Notes under the pieces: model-generated
What the model was told of the DNA's origin: nothing
Database searches by the model: none
The model's input: the letters and a program-made list of their open reading frames with translations, nothing else
Program-made: the position numbers and the translations under genes
Part shown: one piece after another, positions 24,775 to 33,532 of the stretch
How positions within the stretch are numbered: position 1 is the stretch's first letter
Layout of the letters: the number at the start of each line of letters is the position of its first letter
Origin: Rhodosorus marinus CCMP1338
Taxonomy: Eukaryota; Plantae; Rhodophyta
Direction: 5' to 3'
NCBI GenBank assembly: GCA_029953675.1
Contig: JAMWBK010000010.1
Coordinates: 1,488,001-1,552,000, forward strand
Length of the DNA: 64,000 bases

Positions 24775-25362
24775 ATGTCGTCTGGAGACTGTTTTGTGAG
24801 TAGCTTGAGGGGGAACCCAGTACGGCAGAAGCGCTCATTGAGGAATGTGGAAATGGGGGCTGGGAGACAGGCCGGGGTTTTAAGAGCGGCGGATTTGGGT
24901 CGACGACGGCTAGACCTACACTGGGCTGCGGGGCAAGCATCCACGACTGTGTCGAATGTGGTGATGAGCGCTAGGGGACAGCCTGGAGTTGTAAAGGCGG
25001 CAGACGTTGGTCGCGGACGAAAGGACTTGCATTGGGCAGCCGCCCGCGAAATGAATTCGAGGAGGTCGAAACAGTCGACGGGAGTGGTTTCTTCGGCGAT
25101 GCGAGTTTTGCGACGGTATAAGATGCCTGAGACGAGCTCGAGTGGCTTCGCCAAGGCAGAACGGGCAGTAGAATTGCCAAAAGCCAGTGTGAGAGTGAGG
25201 AGAGAGACTATGCCCCCGAACCGATCCTATCAGGTGAAGCCAAAAATCAGTGCGAAAGTGCAAAGAGATATGCTAGTCGCGGAGCGAATACAGCGTTTGT
25301 TGTCAACCACGGAAGTTATCAACGAACGCGCGCGGAAAACGAAGATCATTTCATTCTTTTAA
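24775..25362 (+). CDS. Basic orphan protein with a duplicated AADxGRxRxDLHWAA motif
   Basis: Single-exon ORF of about 195 aa after a long G/T-rich leader. The 19-aa motif occurs twice, 37 aa apart, with many third-position changes. Confidence 0.68.
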   Translation: MSSGDCFVSSLRGNPVRQKRSLRNVEMGAGRQAGVLRAADLGRRRLDLHWAAGQASTTVSNVVMSARGQPGVVKAADVGRGRKDLHWAAAREMNSRRSKQSTGVVSSAMRVLRRYKMPETSSSGFAKAERAVELPKASVRVRRETMPPNRSYQVKPKISAKVQRDMLVAERIQRLLSTTEVINERARKTKIISFF

Positions 25363-25645
25363 GAGCCGCTGCATCCCACACATGCCATGGGCCCGGGAAG
25401 CACGTCAACTTGTTCCGCTTCACCGACAAACGAGGAGGGAAATTAGCAAGCCCGTCGCTTTCAGAGCAGCTGCTCTTTAATTCCGGTAATTTGTTGTTCG
25501 AACAGCTGGATGGCTCGATACCGTGTCCTCAGGACACGCCTGCATCTTACAAGTAATTAAATATAGACATGTACTTTTTAACAATTTTAAAAGCTCTTAG
25601 CGATGCCCCGTTTTCGCGCTCTTGGAAGAGCACTTGTGAACCTTG

Positions 25646-26892
25646 TCACACCGCTAGATGAGAGTCTTCTCCAAAGAACATAAACCAGATAAAAACACAG
25701 CATATTCCACAAAGCTGTGCGCTTCGCCAGATCAGAACTGGGTAAAAGGAATGGTCCGTTCCCATCGCCACCAGGAGCCTAAACGTTATTCCCATACATA
25801 TTAACACGTTCCGAAAGCCGGTTGGCACGAACAGCCTGCCATGTTGGAAAGAATAGCCGCGCAAGGACACTCACAGCATAAGATATCGGCAACTGATTCA
25901 TAGTAAGCGAATGCTGTTGCATCTCACCTTAACGAGGACAACACGAAAACTGACAAGATCGATGATGCCGCGACATAGATTATTTGCAAGGTAGCATAGA
26001 CCCTGTCTGCTTGGTCGACAGCCTTAGTCTGACTGAAAAATACTTCTACGTTCGCAAGGTTGACAACAATGCCAAAGTAGCCAAGCGTCAGACCGGCATC
26101 TGAGATATTCCCATCAGGGTTGATAAGTGCCAAGGTCGTGAAAAGGAGAGACACTCCTGCGAGGCTCCACAGCGGAGCTGGTCCAAGCTTGTCACTGACG
26201 CTGTAGATCGATGCGCCGAACGTTGCGAAGCCGGCAATACATAAACAGAGCAATCCAGCCTGGGGCATGAAGAGGATCCTTGCTCAGCGGTGGATCTTCT
26301 ATGGAGTATTGATGGGATTTCCGTACCTTCCAAGCAGGATCATCCACTTGACTAGCACGCATGCGATGTTCCATCCATCTCGTGAGTTTCAGAATGCTCC
26401 ATACAACGATTAATCCCTCCAGAACGCTGACGCTCGGGCCAACAAGGCACAGCACTATCTCATAGTATTGTACGATGCCCTGTTGCTCCGGGCTATAAGG
26501 ATTGGTGAACAGATATATCACACGCTTAGATCTTGACCAAGGCATGAGGTGGAACCAAGCGAGCCCTACCTTATGTAAGATCTAAGCGAGTCCAAGATGG
26601 GCAATCTGCTCGGCCCAAGTGCATGGCTTATAGCAATGAGCAGTATCGTTGACTTGATGCCGGTCTGTACCCCACTCAGCAAACTTGCAACAACTTCTGA
26701 TCCTCCTTGCGGAATTGGGAGTCCATATAGACCCAAAAGTAAGCTCAAGTAGAGCGACCAATGTACTATCACTACCCTCTGGGCCAGGCGCTGACCCAGA
26801 ACCAAAGATCCAATAGTCGCGATCGGACCTCCACCATTCCTGAAACTGTTTAGGACACGCTTCCAGGTCGCCAGCAGTGACATTATGATCAT
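25646..26892 (-). CDS. ICE2-like polytopic ER membrane protein, multi-exon; 5' end may extend upstream
   Basis: LYLSLLLGLYGLPIPQGGSEVVASL, YYEIVLCLVGPSVSVLEGLIVVWSILKLTRWMEHR...DDPAWK and terminal YPVLIWRSAQL resemble fungal Ice2 motifs (YLLxxLxxIPxxFxVGG, PxFxLLEG, WRW). Confidence 0.6.
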
Positions 26893-26925
26893 TAGCCGTC
26901 ATCAACTCTGCACTTTCATCCTACA

Positions 26926-27497
26926 AGTCATCAAGCCGAACCCATGCCGGGTGCGGATCGAGCTCCCTGAGCTTTGCGGATGACGTATTATCCTACTGTC
27001 CGTGTCGGAAACACTGTGCTATCGTGTAAAGTCCGCACTACGACAGGGCGGATATGGGCGTGCGAGCTGGTCTTCTCCCCAGTATTCAGAGGAATAGCAT
27101 TGATCAGTGGTCCGATCCTGATCCAGACCATTGGCGATGAGGAAGGATATACTCAAGAATGTTTAGTGTGCGTTTGGTTTTGGTGATTCCCCTTGAGAAG
27201 AAACCTGGAGAAACTAGTCAAAAACAAAATCGCCCCGTTGCGAATATGCCCAAAGAGGGGTGCGAGCTACGAGTACGTCACATGAGAGTACTCCGAAGCT
27301 AGGAAATCCTCTATCCAAGTGTACTGGCTTTGATAACTTGAAACCGCGAAGGGCCATCCCAGCAAGAACCCCCGACAAGATTTGGTTGAATCCCCAGTCC
27401 AGCAAATCACATCAACCAAAGTCGTCTGTAGTAAAATCATAGTACAGAAAGAAATATGATGCAATCTACCCCTCCTCAACGATAAAACCAATACCAT
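26926..27497 (-). CDS. Putative upstream exons (5' extension of the ICE2-like gene, or a separate small gene)
   Basis: ATG at 27497 is followed directly by a GTATTG...CTACAG intron, giving MTTLVDVICWTGDSTKSCRGFLLGWPFAV. A further exon, DNTSSAKLRELDPHPAWVRLDDF, splices in frame to FRNGGGP. Confidence 0.33.
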
Positions 27498-28089
27498 GTT
27501 CATATCTGCAATAAATTTGACTAAGACAGTACTGTTTAAAAAACTAAACTACCTTCCCCTCCTTATAAATCCACCACTTAGTATGACTCGATTCGGTACT
27601 ATTAGTACGTATCTCCTCCAACCCTGAAAATATAAACAAAATTTTAAACCGTTCTTAAAATATCTACAATATACTATTCAGTAAAAGACAGCTGTCCATT
27701 CATTTTCCTTGATGAAAAGGAAGTGAATATAAATCGATGAGTTTGTTTTATATTTTTTTTGGGTGTGTGTGTGTTTTGATCGGTTTGGGAAGGCGGGATT
27801 GTGGAGAGGGGAATGGGAGGATGGAATTGTGAGAGGGAGGGAGTTTTGGGTTTGGGAAGGAGGAGTGGGGCGGGGGTGATTTGGGATTTGGTGAACCAGG
27901 TAGAAATTTTTGTTTTGATATTGTTACTAAGAAAGAAAAGTTTAGGAAAATGGTTGACTGTTCGATCTGTTAGAGGTTTTTTTTTCGTGGGAAAGGAGGG
28001 GGGGGGGGGAGGGGAAGGAAGGGGGAGGGAGGGTTTTTGAAATACTTGGATAAGACGGTTTTGGGATTTTGAGGTAGGTGTTGGGAAGT

Positions 28090-29420
28090 ATGACTGAAAC
28101 TGAGGAGCAGGCTGAGGAGCAGGTTGAGGCGCCGAAGGTGAGGGAGAGCATTCAGTTTTAGCTTGATCTGCTTTTGTTGGTTGGTTTTAGATTGGTTTTG
28201 GATGAGCTTGGATTCAGTCTTTTGGTACCTTTTGAGTACTGTGTTCTGATTTTGGATAAAGGCGTGGTTCTGAAAGGGTGGTTTTTTGCTGTTTTTTTGG
28301 ATAGCCGGGGATCCTCGAAGAAGATCCAGTGAAAGAAGGCAAGCGGAAGCGAAAGAGCGTCGAAAAGCTGTATGACGAAGTACCTACTCCGGCGAAGAAG
28401 AAATCCACTGAATACGTCCAGGGATTTGGGCAGCCGATTGGTGAATTAGAGGCCTTTACTGTGGGTATCAAGTCCAAGGATATGATTTTTCTGAAGAAGT
28501 TTCATAGAGTGCTGTACAACTCTCCTGGATCTCGGAAAAACATTCGCAGCTCTCTACGAAAGTTTCGCGGATTCAATTTCGGATCTGAAGCAGACGAGAA
28601 AAAGAAGTTGGAGCAGCTGGAGAAGTTTAGCAAGACTGAAATCTCCGGATTCTGCGGCCTTCTAGGCCTGTCACACAACAAAGAGAAGCACGCGCTCAGC
28701 GCGTCGCTTTTAGATTTTCTCAAGAAGCCTGCCGCTAGCCTTTCAAAGGCACCCCCGCCCAAAAAGGTATCCAAGATTGCGCTTCACCCTGTGTTCAAGT
28801 TGCTCTTGTTTCCTGGACTGACTGACTCGTTGCTACGCACACGACGAACTTTACTCCAGCTTAAGGGTAAATCCTCCTCGAAGTCTAAGAGTGCAATTAA
28901 AAAGTCCAAGACTGGAAAGGGCTCGACGAAGAAGCTTCCCGGCAAGAAGAAGAAACCTAATGCCGAGGATGAGGAGGATTCCTACTATATGAACTTCATC
29001 AACCAAGAGCGTGCTAAGATGGAAGCACAAAACCCAGGAGCTACCAATACCGAGATCATCTTTCTGTGTGGTGCGGAGTTCGGCAAGAAATATGAGATTG
29101 TGGTGGATGAAGATGACGGTGATGGACAAGAAGAGGACGGTGATGGACAAGAAGAGGACGGTGATGGACAAGAAGAGGACGGCGATGAACAAGAAGAGGA
29201 CGGTGATGAGCAAGAGGAGGACGATGCAGAAGAGGAAGAAGATGGAGATGAAGACGGAGTGGATGCAGAAGAAGGTGAAGATAAGGACGAAAAGGATGAA
29301 GCTGAGGAACAAGCGAAACCGGATTCTACGAATACGGGTGAGACGGAGGCCAAAGCGGAAGTAAAAGATGAAGCCAAGGACCAGGGCGATCCAGCGGAAG
29401 AGAAGACAAGAGGCGAATGA
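28090..29420 (+). CDS. DEK-like chromatin protein with an HMG-box-like segment and an acidic tail
   Basis: Exon 1 MTETEEQAEEQVEAPK. DEK/SAP region FLKKFHRVLYNSPG...LRKFRGFNF...ISGFCGLLGL...LLDFLKKP. Then YMNFINQERAKMEAQNPGATNTEII. Confidence 0.85.
29115..29219 (+). repeat. 21-bp coding tandem repeat, about 5 copies (DGDGQEE)
   Basis: gacggtgatggacaagaagag units inside the DEK acidic tail. Confidence 0.9.
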
Positions 29421-29686
29421 ACTTCAAAACGGTTCTCTTCCCCGAATGTATGCATAGCCAGAACTGACTCGGGCTGATTATACCTAAGTAATAAATCAAT
29501 AGTTGAGTTCGAGCTAATGAGCTTATGCGTCTACATGCGAACCATGGTGTCTTTCACAAGGAAACGTGCCCCTATGTCAATCTGCTGATGAGAATCCTGA
29601 GTTACGGTACGACAACCAGCGAAGGGTTCGGGGACAAAAGATCAAATTCGCATTGTTCACGAAACATTTTCACTGTGCAAAGTGTA

Positions 29687-31759
29687 CTAGTCTTCAACGA
29701 GGCCTGCGCATCTCAAGATATCCTCGATCAGCACGGGGCTCGATCTGGTTACGTAATCGGCAAACGAGGTTCTGCATATAGTGACGGAGATATCTTTGGC
29801 GGTCGCGACGTCGATCTTCGGGGGTTTCGGGACTCTGTCAGCTTGCTTAAAGAGGTATGTAAGAAACCTCGTTGCAGTGGGAGGGTCAACCACCAAGTCC
29901 GCAACGGCATCAACCCGATCAGATGGAATCAATCCAGACTGGACCACGCACGGCATCAAATGCAGAAGCGCCCGTGCGAATGCGCTACAGTGCACTTCTT
30001 CCTCTAAGTAGGGAGCTCCCTTGACGAATTCCAAATCTACAGCCGGTTCTATTGATTTCTCTTCTGTAGCAGCAGCAACTCCCAACGCCAGAGCCTGTGC
30101 CAGGCCCATACCTGTCGCTTCCCGAGCTGATCCAGCTAACATGCATGACGAGGCCAACGCAGAAAACTGACTGTCCTCTTCCATGCGCTGCCCAGGGTCG
30201 CTCAGAATAACCCGAAGGATTTGCTCGATGCCTTCCGTTGCGAGCCGATTGGACGTGGGATCCAAATTCCTAGCAAACAGACTTTCGATGCACCAGCACA
30301 GGTTTACCGCCGCCACAACATCAACAAGCGGCGGGTTCAATCGACGGTATATCCTGGGATCGGCGACAACGATTCTGTCGTTTGCTGGATCCCATTCGAC
30401 CACCGTGTGTCCCGTACCAGATCGCAGGATACTTGTCGACAAATACGCTGCCTCGGAGCCTACCCCAGAAGGGACCAAGATAAGCGGCAGAGGCTTTTCC
30501 CCTGTTGAAGCGCGGATATATCCAACGCCGCCCGATTCCTCTGCTGCAAATTCTGCCCTTCCGAGTACCTCTAGTGCCTCCGTCTCTGGGACAGCCGCCA
30601 GGGCGGCTATCGCACGAGCGGCGTCCATGATCCTTCCAGATCCGTATGCAATAATACCACCGTGTTCTCGTTCTCGGAACAGCTTGAGTCCTCGTTCAAC
30701 AACCATCCTATTGACTCCGGGCCCGTTCTCATGAATACGAAGCCCGGGAAAGTCCACCACGACCGAGTCGTCACTCTCAGTTTCCAGGCCCCAAACCAGC
30801 GGGTCAATTCTGGCCTGGTTGAAGCCAGTAATGCCAAGAAACGTATGACTCTGGGCGAGGACATGCTTTTGGACCTTTTCAATCGACCCGCTCCCTAGCC
30901 AAACTCGAATGGGGTCATAGTACTGACCAGAATCGCTGACGGCTTCGGTCCGCTTTGGCGTTTGGACGGGTGACAGTTCCGGCAAATCCCATTCCTCCGC
31001 CAGGACATCTGCAGGAAGCGCCCAAGATGCTGGCGGGGGGTACAGAGCGGCAAACCTCTCGCTTTTCCATCCGGTTTCATCCAGATATGCATCCCCGAGC
31101 GATGAATCGAAGAGGGCAAAGTCTGAGCCATCCGGATACGCACTCAGGATAACCATTGTTCTGCCATTCTTGAGTGGGATCGCTGCTGCTCTTAGCGCTT
31201 CCCCGGACTGCACAAGCCGTCGGACTTCCGCAATACACAGATCGGAAAATTCGGATGCTTCTTCGTCGCTTTCAGCGCTGCCAGTGCTCACAATCACTTC
31301 AACAGAGCTTACCCCGAGTCGTTTCAGGATCTGCTGAGGAACTGCTTGCGAATCGGTGTCAATGTCGTCAGCATCTGTAGGCCGAGATAACTGCCAGGCC
31401 CTTAGACTTGGAAACAGAGCGGTCCCAGTAAACCGCGGTTCCTTTGTGGTGAACGGGAGAGGATCTTCTCCGAGTTGTGGTTTCACCAATTCGTAGGCTT
31501 CGAGGAGGGCATACCCATGGCCGCTTTTTTTCTTCAGAACATCAACTCGGGCAGCTTCGACGTTCTTGGCGTAGTCTTCTAGAGCATCCTCAATCTCGTT
31601 CGTCTCCACGACCTCTCTTAAGCGGAACCACAGAGCATCTGGATGAGTCTCGGGCGAGGGTGAGGCAGCCGCCGCGCATCTGCGTCGACAAAGTTTCTGG
31701 CAAACGGCAGCACGAGGTCTCACCAGACCACCCGCAAGAAACGAAAGCATTGCCATCAT
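29687..31759 (-). CDS. Iron-containing alcohol dehydrogenase-family protein, probable pseudoenzyme, with an N-terminal targeting peptide and an extra domain
   Basis: Intronless ORF of about 690 aa. PIRVWLGSG, IIAYGSGRIMDAARAIA, PLILVPSGVGSE, VVADP and LARATGMGLAQALA-type segments map on the Fe-ADH fold, but the metal ligands are substituted. Confidence 0.82.
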   Translation of the reverse strand: MMAMLSFLAGGLVRPRAAVCQKLCRRRCAAAASPSPETHPDALWFRLREVVETNEIEDALEDYAKNVEAARVDVLKKKSGHGYALLEAYELVKPQLGEDPLPFTTKEPRFTGTALFPSLRAWQLSRPTDADDIDTDSQAVPQQILKRLGVSSVEVIVSTGSAESDEEASEFSDLCIAEVRRLVQSGEALRAAAIPLKNGRTMVILSAYPDGSDFALFDSSLGDAYLDETGWKSERFAALYPPPASWALPADVLAEEWDLPELSPVQTPKRTEAVSDSGQYYDPIRVWLGSGSIEKVQKHVLAQSHTFLGITGFNQARIDPLVWGLETESDDSVVVDFPGLRIHENGPGVNRMVVERGLKLFREREHGGIIAYGSGRIMDAARAIAALAAVPETEALEVLGRAEFAAEESGGVGYIRASTGEKPLPLILVPSGVGSEAAYLSTSILRSGTGHTVVEWDPANDRIVVADPRIYRRLNPPLVDVVAAVNLCWCIESLFARNLDPTSNRLATEGIEQILRVILSDPGQRMEEDSQFSALASSCMLAGSAREATGMGLAQALALGVAAATEEKSIEPAVDLEFVKGAPYLEEEVHCSAFARALLHLMPCVVQSGLIPSDRVDAVADLVVDPPTATRFLTYLFKQADRVPKPPKIDVATAKDISVTICRTSFADYVTRSSPVLIEDILRCAGLVED

Positions 31760-31899
31760 TAAAACCCTTTGAGCCCGCACTCATGATTTCTGAGCGAACA
31801 CGTCTCACTGTCAACCTCAATGGTCTACCGCCGATGCAAGCCAGAATGTGACCAGAACTTACACCGGTAGCGGCGGAGATATTCGATGGCCTTCTCTTA

Positions 31900-32309
31900 A
31901 GACTCATGGAGAGAACGAATGGTTTGTACCAGTACTGCTGTTAAATTCAAGCCTGTAATAGCATGCAGATCTAATTCTTCCATCAGATGACCGGGAGTAT
32001 GCTGAAAACCTTCAAACACAACATTGTATTGCCGTTGGCAATCCCGTCGCCGGGGCCCACAACAACATGTCTGAGGGAAAAGTGGAACGACGTCGTCGTC
32101 AATTCACTTGGCTCAGTAACTGCTGTTGTAGATTTGCTGTCATAAGAACATTGAAATTCTCTAAAGCGCGTTTTCAAAGCTCCTGCGCTACTCTCATCGC
32201 GCTTGCAAAGCCCTTTCAGAGGAATTGTCTCGGAGATGGTTACCGAGAAGGGGACGCTTCAGAGGAATCACAAAGCCCAGCAAACTACACGGATAATGTT
32301 TGGGCTTAA
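31900..32309 (+). CDS. Possible small spliced hypothetical protein
   Basis: MERTN + GTTTGT...ATGCAG intron + DLILPSDDREYAENLQTQHCIAVGNPVAGAHNNMSEGKVERRRRQF is open to a stop at 32309. No family recognised. Confidence 0.25.
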
Positions 32310-32791
32310 TTTTTAGCCCGAAGAAGTTTTGTCTGGTGTGGGTTTGCTCCTGGTTGATAGGGCGCTTAGAGCTTCCGCGTAATGTCATAAAATCTAGCCC
32401 AAAGTCGCTGGTCCTGGTATTGGGGTTTTCAGTTAGTCCTTTGAACCTCCAGCGTTCCCATGTTTAGTAAAGAATGTTGTCGTCTTGGGTACGGTTTCGG
32501 GGTAATATGAAACAGATGATACCGCACTGTTGTAAGTTCGCACGCGCGGACGAAGGCGTGCGTTCTTGCCCACCCTCTGAGAGTTCATACGACGGTTCTT
32601 TCTTTAATAGAGATTCCTTCGTACGCAGCATATATGTGATATCTTGGATCAAAATCGACTACGGAAACTATGTAGCGGGAATAAGTGTAAATAGAGTTCA
32701 GCAGCTCATAGAAAATTAAGACAGTATACAATAGCAACCGATCCACTGGAGGCGAATGCTAATCTAGAGAAACAATTTGCTCTGTAAAGGT

Positions 32792-33532
32792 TCATGGCAA
32801 GCTCTTTCCAAGCCTGCTGGATGAATCTTGCCTGTGTCTCTTTGCAAGATCCGACCGGTAGCTACGCCCATTGAGATAGCACCTCGCTGCAGCCGAATTT
32901 GGATCAAGGGGCTTTCCGCTGAGCGTATGCCCTTCACCAGTCTCTGCCACCTTCCGTGGAACCGGTAATCCGTGCTTGTAAAGCCGAATAAAATATTTCT
33001 GCGCATGTGATCGGAAATTGTTCGCGTCTCGAGTTCCGACGTGCTGAGCGCACTTTTTCCAATCTCTTCCGTAGAGCTGCAGGGCCTCAAGAAATCTTGT
33101 TTCCTCTTCCTCGCTCCACTTTACTGGAGCTTTTCGCTTCTGATCAGTGGATCTCGGGGATGATCCAAGTCTACTATCTTCACCGGCAGACATTGTGGAG
33201 GCCTCAGAGACCGCCGAGGCCCCTGATTTTCGTACATGCCGAGCACCAGGGATGTCCATTCGCGCGGAAGCAACATATCCATCTTCGTAACTCCCACTCA
33301 GAGGAGTGTTTCCCAAAGGACTGCTTGCGATTTGCCCAAGAGCAGGAGACTCGAAGGGGAACTGTACAGAATCTCCAATGTCGGTCTCCATGGCGTAGCT
33401 CTCCATCCCGTCACCTGGCTTCCCCGAACTACCATCATGCTCCGTGAACTGATACATTCCCATTTCCTCGAGGAGGTCGTCTGCTCCGAGGCTGTGGGAC
33501 AACATCCCTGAATCAAATAGCATTTCGTCCAT
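32792..33532 (-). CDS. Single-repeat MYB transcription factor, SHAQKY class
   Basis: KWSEEEETRFLEALQLYGRDWKKCAQHVGTRDANNFRSHAQKYF. The start is taken at MDEMLF (33532); an upstream exon is possible. Confidence 0.9.
   Translation of the reverse strand: MDEMLFDSGMLSHSLGADDLLEEMGMYQFTEHDGSSGKPGDGMESYAMETDIGDSVQFPFESPALGQIASSPLGNTPLSGSYEDGYVASARMDIPGARHVRKSGASAVSEASTMSAGEDSRLGSSPRSTDQKRKAPVKWSEEEETRFLEALQLYGRDWKKCAQHVGTRDANNFRSHAQKYFIRLYKHGLPVPRKVAETGEGHTLSGKPLDPNSAAARCYLNGRSYRSDLAKRHRQDSSSRLGKSLP

Noticed and set aside
28851-29455. Long ORFs in other frames over the DEK tail
   Set aside because: Artefacts of the 21-bp acidic repeat.
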